DNA from: the human T2T-CHM13v2.0 reference genome, Homo sapiens
Length of the DNA: 64,000 bases
Assembly: GCF_009914755.1 (NCBI RefSeq)
Contig: NC_060927.1
Reading direction: 5' to 3' (one strand)
Of this stretch, positions 23,524 through 37,179 are shown one piece after another. The position numbers and the translations under genes were made by a program. The notes beneath the pieces are model-generated. The model saw only the letters and a list, made by a program, of their open reading frames with translations, searched no databases and had not been told where the DNA came from. How positions within the stretch are numbered: the stretch's first letter is position 1; the number at the start of each line of letters is the position of its first letter.

Positions 23524-26500
23524 CAACTATTCAAGGTTTCCCAATATCCTTCTTGGGCTTTGAAGCTAGAGAGCGCTTTGGAATTCATGCTCCATTATAT
23601 GTGTGTCTTAATGCTATATACTGTTGTAGGTCAGCAATATTTATATACATAAGTTTATATATATGTATATATAGATCTTTTGTAAATAGAGGGTGGATAC
23701 TTTGTCCCCACCTTTTCCCATCCTAGCATGCAGTATAATGATTTGAACACGGCAAGGACACCACAAAGGCACAGGAAGACATCCTGCAATGTACATATAG
23801 TATGTGCCTTATGTACAGTAAGGGCCCTGAATTTAAAGTTAAAACCTAGATTGGAGAATTCTAACTTTGTGTTATCGTGAGCAAAGTAGTTTACTTAAGT
23901 CTCTGATTCTGATTCTTCCTTGACAGAAAGGGAATACAGGTGACTTTCTTATAGAGTTAGCTGAGGATTAAATTAATAGCTGTATGAAAATGCTCTATAA
24001 ACTGTTAAGGACTATACAGATGGGTGAGTGATGGTGTCATTTATGGAAATCAGTAGATGCCATTACTCTCCATACTGTCGATACATAGTCTCCCATTTCT
24101 TCTTATCAGACTGGCCTACCTAGTCTTCCGGTAAAAAGAATATCCCGCAGATACAAATTACCATTACTGGAACAGAGGACTCACTTTTAGAGCAGATGTA
24201 CAAATGAAACTCCAAAACAAGCCACAAATCTACCAGGAAAGAGAACCAATATGTGTGGTATTATATCGCCAAGGATACCTGAGTCATTTCATAGAAATTG
24301 AGCTGTGAGTGCCTCCCAGAATGAATGGTTTCTGAACGTGTTTCTGTTAGGAATGATGCAACCTTCAGTAGAGACCAGAGATTTAAGAATTCTATACTGT
24401 GAGTCATTTTAAAAGACAATCAAAGAGTATGTGTGGAAGCATAGACAATAACTTTCACCTCTAGCGTCCAGGTGTTGAAGGAGGTCAGCTACCAGGGAAG
24501 GACTCCTACGACTTTGGGTGCCACTGCGTGAGGCTTTGTCTTGGACCAGGGGGTAAAACATATCTCAGGCAGGACGCTGAGCTCTAGGTAGGGCTATCGT
24601 TTTTGTAGAAGCATGACTTCTTGATACAACAAAGTAAGAGCTGAGGAAGGAACAGGGAAAACCAGTTTGGGCCCAGAGGGGAAAGAAATGATAGTGTAGT
24701 AGCCCGCGGTTTTGCAGGCAGTTGGGAGTAGCAAGCCACCCTTAGGGGGAGGATAATGTTTTCTCTACCTTAAGGGAAAATGATAGCTGACTTGCAGAGC
24801 AGTGTGCTGAGACAGACATGCTGCTACTGCAGTGGAAGGGGGTTGCAACGTATTGTCTTCTGTCTGGAGAGAGAGAGAGAGAGAGCGCGTGTATGTCACG
24901 TCTGTGTCCATAAAGCTCTCCGATCTGCCCACCAACCCTGTCCCCCACCAATAACATCTTAAAGAGAAGAGGTACAGGAATGTTTTACAGTGAAAAGATT
25001 ACAGGGCTGGAAATTAGAAGCCACAAGTTCTAATTATGTCTCATTGCTAACTTCTGGTGTGATATTTTCTCTGGGTCTCTCATTTATCGGGGAGTTAAAC
25101 TAGGTATGTCCAGTAGGGGTGAGGGGTAAGAGTTCTCTGCCCATCCAGGGTTTCTACTAGAAGAATTTTGACTCTACAGATAATTGTGTCTTCCTGTATT
25201 GCTGAGGAATGTCCAGGTTTGTTTTATTGAGGGGCAGGGGAGCACATAGATGTCCAGTAGTCAGGAAGGTGGTTTGCAGGCCTTTAATCAGCACTGAGAA
25301 GAGGGAAAACTAACTGCAGTTCAGTTCTCAGTTCCACCATTCACTGGAGTGCTGCTTTCAACTTTTGAGCTCCTGTTTCTACACCTCTAACGTATCAGTG
25401 TCATCTCACCCTGGCCTTTTTCTCATGATGGTCGTGACTTTAGGAAACATGTAAGAGTAAGCCGACCTTAACACGAGTACCTGCTGTATGACAGTCACTC
25501 TGACAAATGCCTCCCAGTGTCTGCTCTGTGAAGGTAACTGTGAATGATATTACTGGTCAGGTGGGGTTGACAGAGGTGGCCCTGGCAGGAGACACTAAAT
25601 GAAAGGTCATTTTACCCTCCTGGGGAGATAAAGTTGCAAAATTACCGATCAAGTCTGTCAAATCTTTTTAGACTGGGTTTCCAAATCCATACCCTCAGGC
25701 AACTAGAACAAGGCTGGCGAGCTCCACCCCCGCCCCTTCCCAAGGTGGGTGCCAACATGCTGCCCTTCAGCAGGGAGGACACAGCTGCCTCTGGGGCCAG
25801 TGCCCAGGGCTAGCCACAAAGCTGGCTATGGCCTCCCCAAGAAGACCCAGGACACATTACTCCCTGCAGAGGTTTTGCTGCTTTGTGGCACGGTCTAAGT
25901 GTCGCCCCACTCCCACCACCTGCCAGGCCCAGTGGGCTCCTGGCTGGTCCTCACGGTAAGTGAGTAGCAGACAGCCCACCTGCTTGATGTCAACATTTGT
26001 GGGCGCGGCCCGGGAAGAATGTGCCGCTCCCAGCCTCCTTGGCTCAGGTAATTAATCCCCGCAACTGACAGGTGGCAACAGGCGGCCCTTTGGCTGGAGC
26101 CATCAGGAAAAGTGCTTGGAGGAAGGATTTTTTTAAAAAAATGATCAAGAGCACAATTCGTACATGTCTGGCAGCTAGACGGCTGTGGCAGGAAGGGAGG
26201 CAGGGAGAAGTAAATACCTTGCCAAGACGACTGTGGGGCCAATGTTGGGATCTGCGTCTGCCTGATCATTGTGATAGATCCAAAAGGATATGGTGGCCTT
26301 GGACTTGTTTGCAAGCTCACTTTGCAGAATTCCCCTTCCTTTGATGTGGATACAGTCTTAAAATGGAATGCCTCATTTGTGAATCAAAAAATCCGGGGCC
26401 AAAGTTGGAGCCCCAGAGGAGAAATAATTTGCCCAAGATGATGCAGTAAGTCAGTGGGCAGGTAGAGGACTAGAAGCCAAACTCAATGCCTCTTGGCTTT

Positions 26501-26741
26501 GTTTCCATGATTCACTGGGCAATATTTACTGCCCCATTATACACATGTAGTTTAGAAATAGAATGACAAAACTGGGGTCCTAGTCAAAGGAAGGATGATC
26601 AGTTGCCTCTTGAAAGATATTAGTGTTTTCAATCTAACCACTTAAAGCTGACTTCTCAAGAGAATGCCCCCACCCCAACCCCAGACCACCTGTACCCATT
26701 CACCCCCCCTACTTTTTATTTTTGGTAGTTCGGGACACTGA

Positions 26742-27226
<485 letters not shown>

Positions 27227-27950
27227 AACACTTTTTAAACATTACATTTTTTAAAAAATAATATCTTTCTCGATATGAAATTTAAAATGTTTTTCAAGTG
27301 AGTTTTTTTGTAGAGGACAAATCCAAAGTATAGTATATAATTAGCCCATATAACTTCATGTGATAATCAGTGTCTTTGAAGCAGACCAAACTGAAGCTGT
27401 GTCTCAGCGCTAAGGGTCTTTTTACATTTTACTGAATTGGATCTTTAGAATTAATTTTTCAAACCCTCCTTATCAAAAGTTATTGTTGGACCCTCAAATT
27501 TTTATTTTCATGTATCTCATTTCTCTTCCCTAAATCTTGCCTCCCACCAGATTAGCTGCCAGAACTTTATCTGGTTCTCTGGCAACCCTCCATCTGTTTT
27601 GTATGATTTTTCATTCCCAGCAGTTCTAATTATTGATTTCATCACCCTCTTACCCTTATAAAAGGACATTTTTAATTTGGCAGTCCCAAGGAATATAGCT
27701 TATAAAAAGAAAAAAAATTAAGTCACTGAATGTTTTAGGAGAGCACTAAGTTAAGACAGACTTTGTACTTGATTAACGGAATTGTTCTGAGAGCTTTAGA
27801 GCTTGACTTTTTTTTCTTCCTGTCAAGTATTTTGGGTTATTTGAGATAGTACAGACAACACTTTACCTCTTAAGTTTTTTGAACTAGAAGCCATAAATTA
27901 GAAGTGCACCTGGCATTTCCTGTTTGTGACTAGTGGCTATCTTTTAGATA

Positions 27951-28158
27951 ACAGTGAAGTCCTCAATGTCCTTGATAGGTTCTTGGTAAACTGCGACCTT
28001 AAACAAAATGATGTGCAGGAGATCTTCGAGTAATTGTTTCATACAATGTTATTTTCTTATAACAGTGATGAGAAAAACAAATTGTTTTGTTATATGTGTT
28101 TTGCTTAAAGTTACAGTTCCCAAAAATCTATCAAAAATGTTAAATGAGGATTCATTGT
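27951..28158. mobile_element. MER6B-like Tigger MITE
   Basis: Inverted termini cagtgaagtcctca / tgaggattcattg and inner gataggttcttgg / ccaaaaatctatc. Confidence 0.75.
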
Positions 28159-29253
28159 ATTTGTAAATCTCATTATTTTTCTCTCTTTTTTAAAGAAACT
28201 AAATTCAAATTCATTCAGAAAGCCAGGCATAAAGTGAGACTAATATGTTCGTTGGTGTATTTAAGCCTTTCTTAGAGTTTTCTTTTTTTTAAGACCTCAG
28301 TATAAGAACATGCCAGACGTGAATTGATCTGGAATTGCAGACTCGGGAGGGCTTTGATGCTACTCTATCTAGTTGCCTTCCTTGAAGAGGGATTGAGAAG
28401 AGAGGTAGGTTATAGAATTAATGATTTTTTTTTGTTCCGTGAGAGTTTATTTCATCCATAGTCTCTAAGATTTAGGGCTCAAGATAGCCATGTGATTTGA
28501 GATTTGCATGTAGTATGGCATTTCTTCTGGGAGAGGATGAAAGAGCTAAAGTTCTTGTTTTTTGGTTTTGGTGTAGTAGGCAGGGAGGGTTTTGATTCTA
28601 CCTTTAGGAAAGGGAGGTGTTGAAAAATTACGCAGGTGTGTGCTGATATTACCTGGCACCTCTATGCATTGTGATACTGAATTACCAGTCTGCCAGCCAA
28701 AAGCGTGTAATATAGTATGTCTACTGAGGCAGGTGGTAAAGGTAGGGTCCTAGTCACTGGAATTCTTTTTTTTTCCCCCTTCTCTTTGCAACATATTATT
28801 AGTAAAGGAGCTGAATTTACTTGTTTTCCAAAATCCCCTGGAGTTGTTTTATTTGAACATGATATTTGGCTTTAAGCAGCTCACCCCTCGATATTCCAAA
28901 CTTCCTCCCCTCCCTCCCAAAGCAAAACAAAATTTAGGCAAAGCTTACTTATCCATTTTGACAAGGATATTTTATAAAAAGAAGGAGTTTAGTTCATTTG
29001 TTAGTTTTCAGGAACTTCTTTTCCATGTCATTGTTGAAATATTTAGTTCATGTGGATGGCCAAAACTGTCATGTCAGTATACAAGGAAATTTGGTTGAAG
29101 ATCAGTACAATATTAGGCTCATCATTCTTGCCCATGGGCTGGTGCTTCCTGGGAATGAACAAACTATTGAATATATGTACAGTATGTATACAGAAGAACA
29201 TATATTAAGTTCTACTTTATATATTTATACATATATGATCAGAAATGGCCAGT

Positions 29254-29256
<3 letters not shown>

Positions 29257-29292
<36 letters not shown>
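29257..29292. repeat. (GT)n microsatellite
   Basis: About 18 uninterrupted GT units. Confidence 0.97.
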
Positions 29293-29293
<1 letters not shown>

Positions 29294-29329
29294 ATCAGAA
29301 AGATTACCAACACTTTGTTTTCCACATTC

Positions 29330-29627
29330 TTTTTTTTTTTTTTTTTTTTTTTTGAGACAGTCTCACTCTATTGCCCAGGCTGTAGTGCAATGGTGTGATC
29401 TTGACTCACTGCAACCTCTGCCTCCTGGGTTCAAGCAATTCTCCTGCCTCAGACTTCTGAGTAGCAGAGATTACAGGTGTGCATCACCACACCTAATTTT
29501 TATATTTTTAGTAGAGATGGGGTTTCACCATGTTGTCCAGGCTGGTCTCGAACTGCTGACCTTGTGATCCACCCACCTCGGCCTCCCAAAATGCTGGGAT
29601 TACAGGCATGAGCCACCACGCTTGGCC
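29330..29627 (-). mobile_element. Alu (AluS)
   Basis: Poly-T plus Alu; TSD TTCCACATTCTTT. Confidence 0.95.
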
Positions 29628-29722
29628 TTCCACATTCTTTATTAAAGAGTCACTTTGCCAGTGCAAATCTGGTAACTGCGTTCTCTAAGAGATTTGCACC
29701 AAATTATAAAATAATCAAATGA

Positions 29723-30060
<338 letters not shown>

Positions 30061-30859
30061 CTATACATTATCTATTTTCCCCTCTATGAATGATTAGCTC
30101 AAGATTTGGGGGGATCATGTAAGTTGCCAGTTATTTCTCAGTGAGTGTCAGATATTTATGACTTCTTTGAAGAGGCCAATCGTTTTTGAAAATTATTTCA
30201 GATGTGCTTTATTTCCCCCCACCCATCACAGTATTTTATTTCTGATTTCACTTAGATTTGCATAATGCAAAGAGCCACAGTTGCACTGGGGGTCCTTTCT
30301 AAATAGGCAACGAGGTTAGTGCAACCCACTGCTGACTTATTGAACCCAGGACCTGATGGAGTAGAGTTGATTCTTAAAGCAATGAGTGGGCATTTTGTGT
30401 TGTTTTTATGTTCAAGCTCCCATTGTGAGAATATGGTTACACTTTAGGGAAGAAAACCTCAACTCTTAGACAAACTTCTTTGCTTAACTAAAAATAAGTA
30501 TATATACTCCTGTAAGAATTTGGTGATCATATTTTTATTTTTGTTAGTAAGATGGCCTCTGAGCTTTACACTTGATTGTCTAATCATATATTTTCTAATC
30601 ATGTGTTTATTCACTCAAATTCACTCTGGCACGAATACACCAGTTCCACTTTGGCCTCATACTATAACTGTTAAAACTGTGTGGGACGTGGGGAAGAACA
30701 CTGGTCTGTATGTCAAGATGGTCCCAGTTACTGAGAACTTTTGAGCAAATCTCTTCTCCTTTCTGGGGCTTAGATTCCTCATCGGCGAATAAAGTGGCTG
30801 AACCAAATGATCTTTAACTTTGAATTTTCCTGATCTAACTTTTCCTTTTCCTTTTCCTC

Positions 30860-30883
30860 CCTCTGCCTCCTCCTCCTCCTCCT

Positions 30884-30920
<37 letters not shown>

Positions 30921-31166
30921 GCCTAGGCTGGAGTGCACTGGTCTGAGGATGGCTCACTGTAACCTCAACCTGCTGCACTCAAGTGATCCTCTGCACCTCA
31001 GCCTCCTACAGATGCCCCCATACCTGGCTTTTTTTTTTTTAATTTTGTATAGGCAGAGTCTTCTTGTATTGCCCAGACTGGTCTCAAATTCTTGGGTTCA
31101 AGCAATACTCCTGCCTAGACCTCCCAAAATGCTGGGATGACAGGCATGAGCCACTGAACTTGGCCC
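30860..31166 (-). mobile_element. Old Alu (AluJ-type) preceded by a (CCT)n/(CT)n tract
   Basis: Diverged Alu; ctctctc run at about 30887-30916. Confidence 0.88.
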
Positions 31167-31437
31167 CTGATCTAATGTTCTAAAAAAATCTTAGCAAATG
31201 TGTGTTAAACTAAAAATGCTTTGAAATGGGATGACTCAGTAATAGAAACATAGAACCAAGCCCTTGCTTTAAGATGTCAAGTTGGATTTCTACAGAAATT
31301 CTGTAATTAGAATATAATATTGTAGTAAAAGCATTATCTTCATAGAACTAAGGAAATCTGAGTTCACTTCTTCATTACCCAAATTTAGTTGTGCAACCTT
31401 TAGAAATCATTTTATCAGGGATGCACTCCTGACCCTC

Positions 31438-32231
31438 TGTGATATCATGAAATACGTATTTGGACTTTGTCCAAGTTTCTTGGCATATAACTCCTAAAAT
31501 CCTTGGAATTTCCAAAATGCTGCCTTTTTTGTATGCTAATGCTGGCTCATGGGTTCAGAATGGGGGTCTGGTCACTGGAAAGGCAAAGGCACAATTAGAG
31601 AGTCAGCCCCACCCCCCAGCCTCCAGGAAGGAGAGAGAGGCTGAAGGTTAAGTTGATCACCACTTGCCAATGGTTTAATCAATCATGGCTAGATAATGAA
31701 ACCTTCATAAAAACCCAAAAGGACAGGTTTCAGCAAGGTTCAAGATAGTAAAACATGTGGAGAGTTTTAGAGGTTGAAGCCCAGGGAGGGCATGGAAACT
31801 CTGCACCTCTCCCCCCATACCACTCCCTAGATGTCTCTTCATCTTCATCCTCTGCAACATCCTTTATAATAAACCAGTAAATGTGTTTCCTTGAATTCTG
31901 TAAGCTGCTCCAGCAAATTAATCAAACCCAAATTGGGGTCATGGAAAACCCAATTTGAAGCTGGTTGGTCAGAAGTTCCAGAGGTCTGGATTTGCTCCTG
32001 GTTGTGTGTGGAGTCTTGGGAACTGAGTCTTCAACCTGTGCGATATGACAGATCTCCGGGTAGACAGTGTCACAGTTGAATTGGAGGACACCCAGCTTGG
32101 TGTCTGCTGCTTGGTGAGTGGTGAAAAACTCCCACACATTTGGCCACAGAAGTCATCTTCTGTGTTGATGATTGTTGCTGTGGTAATGTGAGAGGAGAGG
32201 AAAAAACACAGTTTGAGCATTTCCCAAAACA
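31438..32231 (+). mobile_element. Solo LTR, MER21-like
   Basis: TG...CA termini, near-TSD CCCTC/TCCTC, internal AATAAA at about 31868, and MER21-type motifs (ttgtatgctaatg, ggacacccagcttggtgtctgc). Confidence 0.8.
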
Positions 32232-32643
32232 TCCTCCAAGCTAAATAGACCCCCATGTTTTACCTTCTCTCCTTTTGCTTTTTTTTCAAGACATGTGTCA
32301 CAATTTTAGAAATTATTTTTTTTAATGTCAGTACTTCCTTTGGATCAACTCCCTTAGTGTAAGGTTTACCGTTGGTTCCCTAATAGCCAGGACAAGGACT
32401 GGCATGAAGCGCGTGCTCAATAAATATTTGCTGAATTAATAAGCTTCACCTCTTTAAGTCTCAGTTTTATATCAGAAAATTAGGAGAAGAAGGTTTGGAC
32501 AAGAGGTGCTATAATGTTCCTTCTGAGTTCTAACATCTTCTGTATTCTCTGTCTTCTAAAATCATAGGTCTGTAACAAGTTTACAGGTTGGTGCTACTCA
32601 TAATAATTTATGTATTAAACATTTTAAGTGAGAAATATTTCAA

Positions 32644-32967
<324 letters not shown>

Positions 32968-33239
32968 TTATTTCTAACGTAAAAAAAGTAAGTAAATTAA
33001 GACATCTGAGTATAAGACAAAATGTTAACATTTTTCCATATTGCTTCAAATCTTTTCCTTAAATAAAATATAAAGCAAAAAGTACTCCTCCATTCTATCT
33101 CATTTCCCTTCTTTCAGCCATTAAAATGAATAAAATATACCTGTATATAAGAACATGGATAAATCTGGGAAGCATGGGAATTGAAAATAGATTACTAAGG
33201 CTAAATGTAGGATGATGTAAATTAAATTTTAAGGACACG

Positions 33240-33391
33240 GGGAGGGATAGCGTTAGGAGATATACCTAATGCTAAATGACGAGTTAATGGGTGCAGCACA
33301 CCAACATGGCACATGTATACATATGTAACAAACCTGCACGTTGTGCACATGTACCCTAAAACTTAAAGTATAATAATAATAAAAATAAAAA
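33240..33391 (+). mobile_element. Very short young L1PA 3' end with perfect 16-bp TSD
   Basis: AAATTTTAAGGACACG at 33224-33239 and 33392-33407 flank the terminal L1 3' UTR and A-rich tail. Confidence 0.95.
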
Positions 33392-33860
33392 AAATTTTAA
33401 GGACACGCAAAATTATATTACATATATTTATGGATGTGTATTAAAAATGTATGGGAGTAAATAAAATTCTTTTTTTATAAATGAATCTAGTAATTTGAAA
33501 TGGTTAAGAACTTAATGATTATTAATAGATAAATATGAATTGTGTGATTTATTTTAAATGGTTAACATTCAAACTTTAGCAGACTTTTACTATGTCAACA
33601 AACACTTTCTCACCAGGTTGAGATACAGTTTTCACAGTGCTGTCTTAAAATTACTTAAGCTATGTTAAACACTTTATGTGGAGAATCTTAGAAATATGAG
33701 GCTTCAGTCATAATTGTTATACATGACTTTTATTTTGATCTTTGCAGTTGAGTAAGAATTTTTTAATCTATTTTTTCTTTCACCTTAAGAGATGTGAACT
33801 ATAATTTTTTCCATTTTATATGTGTAATGGTGAAGTGGCCAAAATGTGGGTTAGATGTTA

Positions 33861-34725
<865 letters not shown>

Positions 34726-35149
34726 CTACATGAAGGCAGAGGGAGGGAATAAAAAGAGGAGGCAGAATTTAAATAGGATTTTTTAACTCCTAGTCCAATA
34801 AATAAATGATGCCCACAGTTGTTGGTGTTGGACAAGAGTCTGTTTTCTGTTGCTTTTAGATCTGAGAACTGAGCCCTCTCCTTCACAACAAAATTGGCCT
34901 ATTAATTCCAGTGTTACTTCATGTAATTTTTTTATTTGTCCAGAACTAAAACTATCCTTTCTCTATTGTCGACAATTCCATTGGCTAAGCCAGGTTTCAA
35001 TTGTCTGCTGAATATCAGGAGCTCTGTGTTAAAATTAACTCATTCATTCTGCTTTGATTTTAGAAAACAGATAAACAACTGATAGTATTTTTGCAAGCAT
35101 CTTTTGTTCTAAAGCATAATATGTATTGGTCTGTTTTGGTACTTCCATG

Positions 35150-36640
35150 TATGTATTTCATGTTAAAACCAAGAAGGCTGAATTTAGTAAATCCAAAGAG
35201 TTTCCCCCATCATGTTCCCTTTTCATTCATTTCTACTGCCCTAGGTTGGGCCTTCCTCATTTCTTGTCTGAATAGCTCCTGATGGGTTTCCCCAATTTTA
35301 CTTTGCTTGTTCCCACCACCTTTGTATTTCTGAATACAAAGAACTGATTAGGTCTTTCCCCTACCTTATAATCCTCAGTGACACCTCTTTGCCTGCTCAT
35401 AGTAGTTAACGGTATCTTGTGACATCCAAGGCTCCTCAGAATCTGGTAAGTGCCTTTCTAGCTCAGCCTCATTGACTTCTGCTCGGCCACTCCTCCTCCT
35501 TCCCCCATCCCATCTATATTTCATCCACAGTTAACATCCCCTTGCTTTTACTGATGATATTCTGTCTTCATGGAAAGCCTACTGTTGTCTCCTGGCTTTT
35601 TCTTCCTTTCTTTCTTGGGTGCACAATCCAATTGGTGAATAATAACTTCTTTTTTAAGGCCTAGTTTAAATATCACTACCTCTATGAAAATTGTCTTTTC
35701 TATTTTAATTTTCTCTTTCTTATCCCAGCCAGTTCATCAGCTAATCTGGTGACTTCTCATCACCTCTACTGCTGGTCTAAGCCACTCTCATCTTACACTT
35801 GGATTATTGGCAGGAGCCCCCTGACTGGTCTTCCTGCTTCCGTCTTTGTTCCACAAAGTCTGTCCTTCACATAACAGCTACAGTAGTCTTATAGAAATAA
35901 AAATCAGACCACATCAGTTGCTCAAGCCCCTCTAGTGGCTTCCTATCTCACACGAAAAAAGCTCAAGACCCGTCCTGCTCTACAAGGCCTTGCGTGATCT
36001 GGGCTCCCTATTATCTCTGATCTTGGATCTTAACTCCTACCACTGCAGGCTTTGCTTACTTTTCTGCAGGTGCACTGGCCTCCATGGCAAGCATACCCAG
36101 CCAGGACTTTAGCACTTGCTGTCTCTAGTACTTGGAACACTATCTCTCCAGGTATATATATGGCCCAGCTCATTATTTCCTCCAGACTTTTTTCTTTAAT
36201 ATCATCTTATTGAAGAATTCTTTCCTAACAATCTTGGAAAAAATAATATCCTCTTCACACTCACTCCCCTGACTCTTGGCTTTTTATACTCTATCCCCTT
36301 TGAATTTACCCTGATTTACTTTTTCTTATAGCACTTATCACTATCTGACATAGTAGTTATTTGTTTATTCTAGAATTCTAGCATTTTTAGGGCATAGACT
36401 TTGTCTTTGTTTAATGCTGAATTTCCAAAACTAAAACAGAGCCTTGGTAATAGTATATGCTCAATAAAAATCAAATGTATTACCTAGTAGTTAATTGTTC
36501 TATCTCTGTAATCCCATAACACTTGCAGATGGTTCCTTTATACCCAGTGTATTTTGGTTGTTTTTGCTGTACTCTGCCTCTAGACTGTGAGCAACTTGAG
36601 GATAAAGATCGATTTTTTTCTTTCAATTTATTTTATATTT
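35150..36640 (+). mobile_element. L2 relics (best preserved at 35720-36470)
   Basis: L2 3' motifs: ccctgactggtcttcctgcttcc, tctacaaggccttgcgtgatctgg, tatgctcaataaa. Confidence 0.75.
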
Positions 36641-36867
36641 CAAGTACCATCCTAGGCAGCATGGATACATAAAATTCTGCATTCCAGGATTTTAAAGTCT
36701 TACTTCTATCTGTTCCCAGTACAGAATAAGGACCTAGCATTGTGCAATACATGCTCAGTAAGAGTTGGCTAGATTAAGTATTGAATGTTGTACAAATGAG
36801 AAGAGCTAGCTCTCATTTGTGGTTTATGATGGCAACTGACTAGCAGCTTTTAGTGTAGTCTCTCCTA

Positions 36868-37179
36868 TGTTGTTGTTTTTATGTTTGTTTGTTTGAGATG
36901 GACTTTTGCTTTTGTTGTCCAGGCCGGAGTGCAATGGCGCAATCTCAGCTCACGGCGACCCCCGCCTCCTGAGTTCAAGCAATTCTCCTGCTTCATCCTC
37001 CCGAGTAGCTGGGATTACAGACATGTGCCACCACGCCCAGCTAATTTTTTTGTATTTTTAGTAGAGACATGGTTTCTCCATGTTGGTCAGGCTGGTCTCA
37101 AACTCCTAACCTCAGGTGGTCCACCCGTCTTGGCCTCCCAAAGTGCTGGGATCACAGATGTGAGCCACTGCGCCCGGCC
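36868..37179 (-). mobile_element. Alu (AluS)
   Basis: Alu consensus, antisense. Confidence 0.95.

Noticed and set aside
25895-26344. Overlapping 141-aa and 90-aa ORFs in the GC-rich island
   Set aside because: Expected from GC content, with no domain resemblance. The region is kept only as a regulatory candidate.
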